A stretch of 64,000 nt of DNA from NCBI GenBank assembly GCA_965140585.1, contig OZ223270.1, forward strand, positions 448,001-512,000, in the 5' to 3' direction. Source of the stretch: Spirochaetia bacterium (GTDB lineage Bacteria > Spirochaetota > Spirochaetia > UBA9216). The translations under genes were made by a program, and so were the position numbers. Positions 29,176 to 37,760 of the stretch are shown here, piece by piece (positions within the stretch are counted from its first letter, which is position 1; each line of letters opens with the position of its first letter). The notes below the pieces were generated by a model. The model did no database searches. It saw nothing but the letters and a program-made list of their open reading frames with translations, and was not told the origin of the DNA.

Positions 29176-29493
29176 TTAAAACCCCATCATTTCCGGGGGA
29201 AGGTTCAGTTCGGAAGCAATGCTTGAAGCTTCCTGCTGTATTTTTTCCTTTATCTTGTTTGAAGCATCAGTAAATGCGGACAGAACAAGATCTTCAAGCA
29301 GTCCGATATCACTCGGATCAACCGCCTCGGGAGCTATCTTTACATCAAGCACCGAATACTGTCCGGTAAGGGTAATCTCAACCATCCCTCCGCCCGAAGA
29401 TCCGGTTGCGGTTACATTGTTGAGTTTTCCCTGCATATCCTGCATCTTACTCTGCATTCCCTGCAGATTTTTTATCATATCCATCGGATTCAT
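29176..29493 (-). CDS. ybaB: YbaB/EbfC nucleoid-associated protein
   Basis: G.SGGGMV, DP.D...LEDL; dnaX-ybaB-recR synteny. Confidence 0.95.
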   Translation of the reverse strand: MNPMDMIKNLQGMQSKMQDMQGKLNNVTATGSSGGGMVEITLTGQYSVLDVKIAPEAVDPSDIGLLEDLVLSAFTDASNKIKEKIQQEASSIASELNLPPEMMGF

Positions 29494-31518
29494 TTATTCA
29501 CCACCCTGAATGACCTGGCCGCGGAAAACCTTTTTTACAGCATCAACATGTTCCTGATGATCCTGTCCGCTTTCCTCGTCGCGGTTGATCTTTACTACTT
29601 CAACCTCGATCTGGTATGACCTTCCGGTCTGTTCATTAATTATTTCGTTTATAACCTGTCTGTCGTTCTTTACGACCGAGGCTGTATATCCGTTTTCAAA
29701 ACTCAAACAGAGTTTTCCGCCGTTAACGGTCCATCTCACCGACTGTTCTACCGCAGCAGCAAGTGTCAGCTTTCGCTTTCTGATGCCTTCAAGAATACGG
29801 CTCTTCTCATCAGAGCTGAATCCTCCGCTGCTTCCGGCCACTGTTGATTGAACAACAGCTGATGTCGGTTCCGGTGAGGCATAAGCCGGAGCTGCTTGTG
29901 CAGGAGCTGCGGGCATTGACGTTGGCGCTGCAGAGGGTGCTGCTTTTGCAGGAGCCGCTGCCTGAGCAGGAGGCTCAGAGACAGGCGGATCATCCACAAA
30001 TCTTTCGTAGTAATCCTCATCCTCTTCATCATCGTCATAATCATCCGGATCAAAGGCCCCGCTTACAGCCGGCTTCTGCACAGGAGGAACCTGTGATTGA
30101 ACTGAGGGCTGCTGAGACTGTGCCGGAGCCTGTCCGAACGGCTGAGCCTGGGGTTCAGGCCGTCCAAGCTTAACCGCAGGAGCTTCATCCTTAAGCTGAG
30201 GCGCATACTGTTCCGCATTCTCCTGTACCTGAAGCTGCACCGGCTGTGCGGGTGCTGAAGGTGCTGCTGCTGCCGGAGCAACCGGCCTTTCAACCTGAAC
30301 CTGTGCCTGTACAGGAGCAGAAGGCTGAGCTACAGATTGAACAGCAGAAACTGAAACAGGAACGGCCTTTGCACCTGAAATAGCGCTGCTTTTCAAGGCT
30401 TCAAGCCTGTCGTATATCTCTGCCGGAGAAATCCATGTACTTATGTCTGAAAGAAGACTCAGAAGCAGCTCGAGCTCAAAGCGTTCGTTAAGCGAATAGC
30501 GGACATCCCTGTAAAACTTAAAAATTAGCTCAAGAGCCTTTTCAAGCTGGGGGCGGGAAAAAGTTCTTACCGCAGTATCAGAATATCTGGCCTTTGCATA
30601 GCCCAGCAGAGCCTCGCTGTCTGCACCGCTTTTGATAAAAAGCAGGCTTCTAAAGTATTCGGCAAGGTCTACAGCAAACTGCTCTACCGAAACTCCGCCG
30701 GCGATAATCTCCGAACAGAGTCTTATTACTTCCGCGGCATTCCTGCCGGCCATGGCCTCGGCAATTGTATTCATACTGTCCAGGCCGACCAGGCCCAGTT
30801 TCTCACGTATTATCTCAAGGTTGATATTTCCATCTGAAAAGGCTACAACCTGGTCAAAAAGCGTATAAGCATCACGCATCGAACCGGTAGCTTCCTTTGC
30901 TATCCAGAACAGCGCATCCTCTTCCGCAGCGACATTCATTTCGCGGCAGGCATCAGAAAGGCTGTTTTTAATCCTCTCCAGCCCAATCAGCCTGAAATTA
31001 AACTGCTGACAGCGTGAACGGATTGTTGCGGGAACCTTGTGAATCTCGGTTGTCGCAAAGATAAAGATGATATATGGAGGCGGCTCTTCGATAGTTTTCA
31101 AAAGCGCGTTAAATGCGCTGTTTGAAAGCATGTGAACCTCATCAATGATGTAAACCTTGTAGCGGCATGAATTCGGCGCAAAAAGCACCTCGTCCTTGAT
31201 TTCACGGATATCGTTTACCGAAGTATTTGATGCTCCGTCAATCTCAATCACATCAAGGGCATTTCCCTTTGCTATCTCGGTACAGTTGCTGCAGACTCCG
31301 CAGGGTTCGGGTATCGGACCGTTTTCACAGTTGACCGCTTTGGCAAGAATTCTTGCTGCGGATGTTTTTCCGACGCCGCGTGGGCCTGAAAAAAGATAGG
31401 CGTGGGCAATCCTGCCTGCCTTAATCGAGTTCTTAATAGTTGAAACTACAAATTCCTGTCCGACCAGCTCTTCAAAGCCGGACGGACGACGTCTTGATGC
31501 GGTTACTTCATATGCCAT
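29494..31518 (-). CDS. dnaX: DNA polymerase III gamma/tau subunit
   Basis: HAYLFSGPRGVGKT, EIDGASN, DEVHML, SRC. Confidence 0.97.
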   Translation of the reverse strand: MAYEVTASRRRPSGFEELVGQEFVVSTIKNSIKAGRIAHAYLFSGPRGVGKTSAARILAKAVNCENGPIPEPCGVCSNCTEIAKGNALDVIEIDGASNTSVNDIREIKDEVLFAPNSCRYKVYIIDEVHMLSNSAFNALLKTIEEPPPYIIFIFATTEIHKVPATIRSRCQQFNFRLIGLERIKNSLSDACREMNVAAEEDALFWIAKEATGSMRDAYTLFDQVVAFSDGNINLEIIREKLGLVGLDSMNTIAEAMAGRNAAEVIRLCSEIIAGGVSVEQFAVDLAEYFRSLLFIKSGADSEALLGYAKARYSDTAVRTFSRPQLEKALELIFKFYRDVRYSLNERFELELLLSLLSDISTWISPAEIYDRLEALKSSAISGAKAVPVSVSAVQSVAQPSAPVQAQVQVERPVAPAAAAPSAPAQPVQLQVQENAEQYAPQLKDEAPAVKLGRPEPQAQPFGQAPAQSQQPSVQSQVPPVQKPAVSGAFDPDDYDDDEEDEDYYERFVDDPPVSEPPAQAAAPAKAAPSAAPTSMPAAPAQAAPAYASPEPTSAVVQSTVAGSSGGFSSDEKSRILEGIRKRKLTLAAAVEQSVRWTVNGGKLCLSFENGYTASVVKNDRQVINEIINEQTGRSYQIEVEVVKINRDEESGQDHQEHVDAVKKVFRGQVIQGGE

Positions 31519-31590
31519 ACGCGAAAATTGTATATGATAATCGGGCCGTTATCAAGCTCGGAGTTGATCAGGATTCGGGCGTATCTGTGT

Positions 31591-32541
31591 TTATGCGGGT
31601 TTTACCGGGATGCAGATATCGAATATATGCTTCCCTTCGGGGTGTTCATTCGGATCATTTTTTGAGAGTTCGTAGCTCAGACCGTCAGCAGCTTCATAGC
31701 CGCTGTCAGGAAGCCAGTCAGCACAAACCCAGTTCCAGGCATCACCGTACTGATCAACATCAATCTCAAACTCTACCATCGCATACTTTCCGGCAGGCAT
31801 AATCATCTTGCCAACCTCACCGCTGACCTCCGTATCAGGAGGTACAGTCAGGCAGACACTGGTTCGCAGCTTTGTTTCATCGGTAAGATTCGGATCATCA
31901 TGGTAAACACTCATAACCTTTGTATCCGGAAAATTAAGCAGCTCCCGCGCTCCGGCCCATCTGAAAAGTTTATCATACAAACCGGCAAATAAAGCCTCAT
32001 CCCCGGCATAGGGCCCGATATAACGCACATAGGCTACCGTCATATCCTCAACATTTTCTACTCTGACATTTCTGCCTTCTACTTTCATTCGGTTCCTCCG
32101 TTCATCAATAATCTTATGATCAAGATGATACGGCTTTGAGCCTGCCCCAGCTTCACAATCCTTGCCCAGCGTTTGTTCAATCTTGCTGTCTATTTTGCAA
32201 TCCTTGCTGAGCAGACTTAAACGCCAGTCTGTTGCTGACTGCCCGTAATGATCACGGAAGCTTCTTGCAAAAACTGATGATGAACTGAAACCGCAGTCCA
32301 GTGCAATTTCAGTGATATTTTTCTCTGTACCGGCAAGCATCCGGGCAGCCTTTTCCAGCCTCAGTCTTTTAATAAAAACATTAAGAGGCTCCCCCATGAA
32401 GGCTGTGAATATCCTGTGGAAATGATAAGGTGAAAACAAAGCGACAGCCGCCAGTTGCTCAAGCTTCAGCTCCTCATCGAGGTGTGAATCTATATAGTCT
32501 ATTACTCTGTTTATACGTTGTATGTAATCCTTACTGCTCAC
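31591..32541 (-). CDS. AraC family regulator with C-terminal GyrI-like effector domain
   Basis: N-terminal FSPYHFHRIF..RLRLEKAA..IALDCGF; C-terminal YHDDP..T....LR, GKYA, WLPDSGY, ICIPV. Confidence 0.93.
   Translation of the reverse strand: MSSKDYIQRINRVIDYIDSHLDEELKLEQLAAVALFSPYHFHRIFTAFMGEPLNVFIKRLRLEKAARMLAGTEKNITEIALDCGFSSSSVFARSFRDHYGQSATDWRLSLLSKDCKIDSKIEQTLGKDCEAGAGSKPYHLDHKIIDERRNRMKVEGRNVRVENVEDMTVAYVRYIGPYAGDEALFAGLYDKLFRWAGARELLNFPDTKVMSVYHDDPNLTDETKLRTSVCLTVPPDTEVSGEVGKMIMPAGKYAMVEFEIDVDQYGDAWNWVCADWLPDSGYEAADGLSYELSKNDPNEHPEGKHIFDICIPVKPA
32088..32208 (-). promoter_or_regulatory. Candidate intragenic AraC-activated promoter with RBS and in-frame start
   Basis: GCAAG(G)ATTG repeats starting at 32207, 32186 and 32165 (21-bp period); -10 TATCAT 32130-32125; GGAGG 32099-32095; ATG 32088 (Met152). 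Confidence 0.6.
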
Positions 32542-32932
32542 AGCGCTCCAGCCACTTTTTCACTTTTTCCCTGAACTCTCCGATTAAAAGTTCGAAATCA
32601 GGCTCTTCTGTTCCAGCCCAACGGAACTCAACATGTTCATCAGAAAGGTTAATATCGAAATTTTCTGTACTGCATTTATAAATAATTCCGGTGATGTGCC
32701 AGTTATCAAGAAAGACATTCCAGGTATCAACAAGAACCTCCGGGACAATTTTCATTCCGGTCTCTTCAAATACTTCCCGTATTACTGCCTGTTCGGCTGT
32801 CTCTCCGAATTCAAGATGTCCGCCCGGTAATTCCCAGACCGTGTTCCGTTCGGTATTGCGCCGAAGAATCAGAACATGGCCGTCAGGATCCTGAATTAAT
32901 GCTTTAATTGAAAAAGTTATTCTCCTTCCCAA
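32531..32932 (-). CDS. NUDIX hydrolase
   Basis: Nudix box GGHLEFGETAEQAVIREVFEETG; AGGAG RBS before TTG at 32932. Confidence 0.9.
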   Translation of the reverse strand: MGRRITFSIKALIQDPDGHVLILRRNTERNTVWELPGGHLEFGETAEQAVIREVFEETGMKIVPEVLVDTWNVFLDNWHITGIIYKCSTENFDINLSDEHVEFRWAGTEEPDFELLIGEFREKVKKWLERCEQ

Positions 32933-33003
32933 AACGTTTTTCTCCTGATTTTTTCTGGTTAAACAGTGTATCAGCAGATTCAAGATTTGAAAACTTTTAT
33001 TGA

Positions 33004-33699
33004 TTAGAAAGCGAAACTGCCTCCGATGCCGCAGGCTATTCCGCGCATCATCAGATAAGCATCGGCTGACTCAATCGTTTTAGCAGCGGTAAGTCCCGTT
33101 GAAGGTCCAGTAAGATAGGATGCAGTCAATGTAAGCGGATTATAAATATCCCTGTACTCTGCAAACAGATTAACAGTTACCTGTTTAATCTTTATACCAA
33201 GCGATCCTCCGGCAAGCCATCCGTAACCGAAGGGTGCACTGGCCGAAAACTCGGTAAAGCCGGCGTATTCATCCGCCGCCGCAACATCGTCTGCAGCCCA
33301 GCCTTCAAGCGGTGTAAGGGTAGCATTCCAGCTTCCGGCGCCTCCGCCGAATGCCTTAAGAACAACCGGGCCCATTTCTACTTTAAGCTGCAGCTTGATA
33401 TATGCCAGGAAGTTATCGGCAATAAACCAGGGCTTTGAAGGCGATACCGCATTCCCGTCGACGGAAGCGCCCTCCACCATATAACCGTGAAATTTACAGT
33501 AATCAAAACCTACCGGAATTTCAAGAAACTTTCCAAGCCCCAAAGAGGTACTTAGACCTGAGGTTAATGCTACAGCTCCATCATCATACAGGTACAGACT
33601 TTCCGGCACAAATACCGAAATCTTGGTTCCCGCTTCCTCAGCAAAAACAGTACCGCCCAGAATAAGAACCGAAAAAACTAAAACAGTAATTTTTTTCAT
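33004..33699 (-). CDS. Secreted protein, probable outer-membrane beta-barrel
   Basis: Signal peptide ending VFA; amphipathic strands; C-terminal Phe (GGSFAF). Confidence 0.6.
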   Translation of the reverse strand: MKKITVLVFSVLILGGTVFAEEAGTKISVFVPESLYLYDDGAVALTSGLSTSLGLGKFLEIPVGFDYCKFHGYMVEGASVDGNAVSPSKPWFIADNFLAYIKLQLKVEMGPVVLKAFGGGAGSWNATLTPLEGWAADDVAAADEYAGFTEFSASAPFGYGWLAGGSLGIKIKQVTVNLFAEYRDIYNPLTLTASYLTGPSTGLTAAKTIESADAYLMMRGIACGIGGSFAF

Positions 33700-33775
33700 A
33701 AATTTTCTCCTACAGTAACCTAAGTATAGTTAACCGTAGAAGCAAAGCAAGCGGTAAAATACGCATTTAGAAACC

Positions 33776-33818
33776 TGTGGATAACCTGTGGATAAATTAT
33801 GGAAATACATGTGAATAA
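33776..33818. promoter_or_regulatory. DnaA-box cluster outside oriC
   Basis: TGTGGATAA at 33776 and 33787, degenerate TATGGAAAT at 33798, TGTGAATAA at 33810. Confidence 0.75.
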
Positions 33819-33957
33819 AATTCTTCAAAATACAGTACCAAAGCCTCGAGGCTCTTATCAAACCTTGTAAATATTGAAGGCATATTGGAGAGAGCCGAAG
33901 GCTCGAATCAACGAGCCGCCTGAGAAGTCTTTCTAATATGCCTTTGGTATAAAAAAA

Positions 33958-34059
33958 CGCCGCCAAGCTTACTGCGGCTCAGTAAAACACCACTGACCGC
34001 TGCTTCCTTCCGGACCTGACGGGGTTGGGTAGTGCATACTAGCACAGGGCCTGACGGCG
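33958..34059 (-). ncRNA. ffs: Signal recognition particle (4.5S) RNA
   Basis: Conserved domain IV TCAGGTCCGGAAGGAAGCAGC within a long hairpin; T tract follows. Confidence 0.95.
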
Positions 34060-34065
34060 AATAAA

Positions 34066-34150
34066 CGGAGAGAGGGGGATTCGAACCCCCGGTACCTTTC
34101 GATACACACGCTTTCCAAGCGTGCGCCTTCGACCGCTCGGCCATCTCTCC
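34066..34150 (-). tRNA. tRNA-Ser(GGA)
   Basis: Cloverleaf with long variable arm; CACGC-TT-GGA-AA-GCGTG. Confidence 0.96.
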
Positions 34151-34187
34151 AGATGTGAAATATTGATGTTTCTCCGAGTCCTAGCTT

Positions 34188-34274
34188 CGGAGAGAGAGGG
34201 ATTCGAACCCTCGGTACAGCAAGCTGTACAACGGCTTTCGAGGCCGCCCGATTCAACCACTCTCGCATCTCTCC
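34188..34274 (-). tRNA. tRNA-Ser(CGA)
   Basis: GCGGC-CT-CGA-AA-GCCGT; long variable arm. Confidence 0.96.
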
Positions 34275-34388
34275 CAGATGACTGCAAAAAACTCTGCATA
34301 TCACTGTGGTTGAGTTTTTTAGGAAAACTATGTTTTCATAAAAAATCTCAAAAAACAAAATTATTCCGTCAGGAATAATTTTGTTTAG

Positions 34389-34462
34389 TATACCCAAGAG
34401 GACTCGAACCTCCGACCTTTAGGTCCGCAACCTAACGCTCTATCCAGCTGAGCTATGGGTAC
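34389..34462 (-). tRNA. tRNA-Arg(GCG)
   Basis: TTAGG-TT-GCG-GA-CCTAA; TAGCTCAG and GGTTCGAGTCC arms. Confidence 0.95.
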
Positions 34463-34557
34463 ATGGGAATAAGAAATCTGAGATTTCTTATTCTGAAATA
34501 TTCAACAAAGTCGAATACTTCATGATTTATATTTAACTGATTTAACAGTAAAAAAAA

Positions 34558-34644
34558 CGGAGAGGGAGGGATTCGAACCCTCGGTACCGTTACCAGTACA
34601 ACTCCTTAGCAGGGAGCCCGATTCAACCACTCTCGCACCTCTCC
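34558..34644 (-). tRNA. tRNA-Ser(GCT)
   Basis: GCTCC-CT-GCT-AA-GGAGT; long variable arm. Confidence 0.96.
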
Positions 34645-34673
34645 GAATGAAACCAGCCCTTGCGGGCAAAATA

Positions 34674-34758
34674 CGGAGAAGGTGGGATTCGAACCCACGG
34701 AACCTTGCGGCTCAACGGTTTTCAAGACCGCCTCCTTCGACCACTCGGACACCTCTCC
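34674..34758 (-). tRNA. tRNA-Ser(TGA)
   Basis: GCGGT-CT-TGA-AA-ACCGT; long variable arm. Confidence 0.96.
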
Positions 34759-34784
34759 ATATTACAATAATTGTCGTGGGGTCT

Positions 34785-34813
34785 AATATATGAATCAATG
34801 GCAGTTTTGTCAA
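34785..34813 (-). promoter_or_regulatory. Sigma70 promoter of the tRNA/ffs operon
   Basis: TTGACA-17-TATATT. Confidence 0.75.
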
Positions 34814-34993
34814 TATTGATAAAGGTAAAAACAATAGGATACAGAAATTATAAGCCTAAACTATAATTCATTTTGAACACGAAAATCCGGAAAGAAAATA
34901 TTAGACGTTTTTTACAGCTAACCTAAAACAATGTTATAATATGAAGCCTATCCAATATAATAATCAGAATTTTATAATAAACAGGAGAAAAAA

Positions 34994-35575
34994 ATGAGTA
35001 GAATTAAAAAATTATTTTTTGTAGGCATGCTGATAGTAATATTGGCATCATGTGAACAGATGGTAGCAATCCCATGGTTAATGAATCCTGAAATTGTTGA
35101 TACTGTTACTATTTATAATACTGTCGTATACAACCTTGATGATATCAGCTTATTTAGAATCGATTACGATTCCGAATTTGCCCAAACCGTCGATACAACA
35201 ATTAATTTATCCTCAGAAGAAAGTTTAATCCCATTTGAATATACTGTATCTGTTAACTATTCAGATATTGAAGCAATAAATATTACCCAGCAAGATAAAT
35301 GCTATACAGATGATGATGGAAATTATGCTTGGAGCATAAGTGCAGATGTTAGTTATGAGAAAAGCGATAGCTATTATCAACAGGAACTAATAGAAGAGCA
35401 CGATGTTAAAGGCTCATTTATGGTACATATAAACTTAACATCCCTTCAGGAATCTTGTTATTCAGCATTAGCAGGAGATCAATATATTATTTATATACCA
35501 GTTATTTTTACCGTAGATTGTGCAGGTATTATTGAGGAACAGGAGGTCTTTTGCCAAATTCCGTTAACTTATTAA
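34994..35575 (+). CDS. Hypothetical lipoprotein
   Basis: AGGAG RBS; basic N-region, hydrophobic stretch, lipobox LASC. Confidence 0.7.
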   Translation: MSRIKKLFFVGMLIVILASCEQMVAIPWLMNPEIVDTVTIYNTVVYNLDDISLFRIDYDSEFAQTVDTTINLSSEESLIPFEYTVSVNYSDIEAINITQQDKCYTDDDGNYAWSISADVSYEKSDSYYQQELIEEHDVKGSFMVHINLTSLQESCYSALAGDQYIIYIPVIFTVDCAGIIEEQEVFCQIPLTY

Positions 35576-35618
35576 TTTTAAATCAATAAAAATTCAGACA
35601 CGTTAAAAATTGAAAATT

Positions 35619-36497
35619 CTAATCGGTAAAAAGATCGAAGAGTCGTTCAAGATCTTCCATAGAATAATATGATATTTCGATCTTTCCCTGATTAAGGCTT
35701 CCGTTAATATTTATCTTGGTTCCGAGCCTGTCAATCAGTTTCTCTTTTATAACTTCCAGTTCAGGAATTCTTTTTGCAGTTCCGGAAGCCTTTGACTTTG
35801 ATGACTTCTTTCCAGATTCAGTGGCTCTCTGTCCTGCAAGTTTTTCAGCTTCTCTAACAGATAAACCTTCATCAAGTATTTTTTTGTGAAGTTCCGACAT
35901 CTGCTTTGAAGTGTTCATCGAAAGGATCGCCCGTGCATGTCCGGCAGATACTGTTCCCTGAACCAGGGAATTCTGCACTTCTTCCGGAAGCTTCAGAAGT
36001 CTCAGGCTGTTGGCTACAGTTGAACGCTTTTTCCCGACCTTCTCTGCAAGTTCTTCCTGATTGAGATTTTCTATATCCATCAGCTCTTTATATGCTATGG
36101 CCTCTTCAATCGGGTTCAGATCTTCACGCTGAATATTTTCAATCAGGGCAATTTCAAGTTTTTCATTGTTAGTATAATTTCTCTCAATTACAGGCATCTC
36201 TTTCAAACCGGCAATCTTTGAAGCACGGTAGCGTCTCTCACCTGCAATAATGATGAACCTGTCACCTGACTTTTCAACTATGATAGGCTGAATAACACCC
36301 TTGTCTTTAATAGAAACCGCTAACTCACTTAGGGCTTCCTCATCGAAGCTTTTTCTCGGCTGATCAGGATTTGGGATTATACTTTCTATAGAAACAATAG
36401 TAATTCCGGAGGATGAGTTTACAGATGAGTCAACACTTTCATCTGCTCCGCCCATAAGGGCACTTAAGCCGCTTCCGAGTGCAGGGCGCTTAGACAC
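35619..36497 (-). CDS. parB: Chromosome partition protein ParB
   Basis: PNPDQPRK.F, IAGERRYRA, ENIQREDLNPIEEA, HTH. Confidence 0.97.
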   Translation of the reverse strand: MSKRPALGSGLSALMGGADESVDSSVNSSSGITIVSIESIIPNPDQPRKSFDEEALSELAVSIKDKGVIQPIIVEKSGDRFIIIAGERRYRASKIAGLKEMPVIERNYTNNEKLEIALIENIQREDLNPIEEAIAYKELMDIENLNQEELAEKVGKKRSTVANSLRLLKLPEEVQNSLVQGTVSAGHARAILSMNTSKQMSELHKKILDEGLSVREAEKLAGQRATESGKKSSKSKASGTAKRIPELEVIKEKLIDRLGTKININGSLNQGKIEISYYSMEDLERLFDLFTD

Positions 36498-37248
36498 GAT
36501 CCATCACCTCCGCAGCAAGTTTTTCATAGCTTCGGGCACCAATACATGTCTTGTCATATAAGTTTACAGGAACGCCATGAGAAGGAGCTTCCGACAATCT
36601 TACATTTCTAGGGATTATGGTTCTGAACACCTTATCCTTGAAATAACCGGAAACCTCCTGGACTACTTCATTTGCAAGCCTTGTCCTGGAGTCGTACATT
36701 GTAAACAGGATACCGTCTATACTGAGATTTTTATTAAGTCCCTTCTGAACAGACTTAACAGTCTGAAGAAGAAGGCTGAGTCCTTCCAACGCAAAATATT
36801 CACACTGCAGAGGAATGATTACCGAATCCGCAGCAGCAAGCCCGTTAAGGGTAAGAACGCCGAGGGATGGAGGACAGTCAATAAAAACATAATCGTAATT
36901 GTTTTTAATTTTTGAAAGGCTGTTTTTAAGATAATACTCGCGATTCTCAAGGTTGATAAGCTCTACATTTGCACCGGTAAGATTTATATTGGAAGACAAT
37001 ATTTCCATATTATCCATCGCAGTTTTCTGAAGAGCTTCTTCAGGAGTTTTTTTACCAACTATAACTTCATATATACCGGCTTCATTTCTATCGGCCCCGA
37101 CACAACTCGAAAGATTGCCCTGCGGATCAAAATCAACAAGCAGAACTTTTTTCCCGGCTTCAGCAACATAGGCTCCCAGATTTGCGGCGGTTGTAGTTTT
37201 ACCTACTCCTCCCTTCTGGTTCGCGAATACAACAGTCTTTCCTTTCAT
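36490..37248 (-). CDS. parA: Chromosome partition ATPase ParA/Soj
   Basis: NQKGGVGKTTT, DPQGN, DCPPSLG, IPRNVRLSEAPSHG. Confidence 0.97.
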   Translation of the reverse strand: MKGKTVVFANQKGGVGKTTTAANLGAYVAEAGKKVLLVDFDPQGNLSSCVGADRNEAGIYEVIVGKKTPEEALQKTAMDNMEILSSNINLTGANVELINLENREYYLKNSLSKIKNNYDYVFIDCPPSLGVLTLNGLAAADSVIIPLQCEYFALEGLSLLLQTVKSVQKGLNKNLSIDGILFTMYDSRTRLANEVVQEVSGYFKDKVFRTIIPRNVRLSEAPSHGVPVNLYDKTCIGARSYEKLAAEVMDRV

Positions 37249-37320
37249 GCAAAGTATTTTATACTGTATTGTTATTTTTGGTAAGAGGCAAAAAACTTTT
37301 CATCCTAAAAACAGCTATTA

Positions 37321-37349
37321 TTGACGATCGCTTATCGTAATAGTAATAT
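37321..37349 (+). promoter_or_regulatory. Sigma70 promoter for the NifU-like gene
   Basis: TTGACG-17-TAATAT. Confidence 0.6.
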
Positions 37350-37368
37350 TAAACCAAGGAGTTCTCAG

Positions 37369-37590
37369 ATGAAAGAAGCAGTTAGTGCGGCATTAGAGGA
37401 TGTCAGACCGTCTCTCCAGGCAGACGGAGGCGACATTGAACTTGTCGATGTATCTGAAGACGGAGTTGTCTCTGTACAGCTCAAGGGAGCCTGTAACGGC
37501 TGTCCTATGTCTAAAATGACCCTTAAGCAGGGTGTTGAAAGGTATCTAAAAGAACAGGTACCCGGAGTAAAAGAAGTAGTAGAAGCCTGA
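37369..37590 (+). CDS. NifU C-terminal (Nfu) Fe-S carrier
   Basis: VRPSLQADGGDIELV, GACNGCPMS; AAGGAG RBS before ATG 37369. Confidence 0.93.
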   Translation: MKEAVSAALEDVRPSLQADGGDIELVDVSEDGVVSVQLKGACNGCPMSKMTLKQGVERYLKEQVPGVKEVVEA

Positions 37591-37596
37591 AGTCAT

Positions 37597-37628
37597 GGGC
37601 TGACTCATTCCGAGTCAGCTCTTTTTTT
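37597..37628 (+). terminator. Intrinsic terminator
   Basis: gggctgactc-attcc-gagtcagctc plus T7. Confidence 0.85.
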
Positions 37629-37760
37629 CTTTGTAAAAAACCAACAATCGATATATATTTAGAAAGATAGCTGTTATTTCCTATTTTTCTTAACTTTTAA
37701 TGGAAATCAGCCGTAAATTAGAGAGATCTATGATTATTATTCTGTAAACGGGGAAGCATA

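Noticed and set aside
29494-31518. Programmed -1 frameshift in dnaX
   Set aside because: No A-AAA-AAG heptamer or long A run seen after domain III
33730-34397. Several short ORFs in the track
   Set aside because: They overlap SRP RNA and tRNA genes and are translation artefacts
34066-35600. Prophage or integrative element at the tRNA cluster
   Set aside because: No integrase and no duplicated tRNA 3' end found in the window
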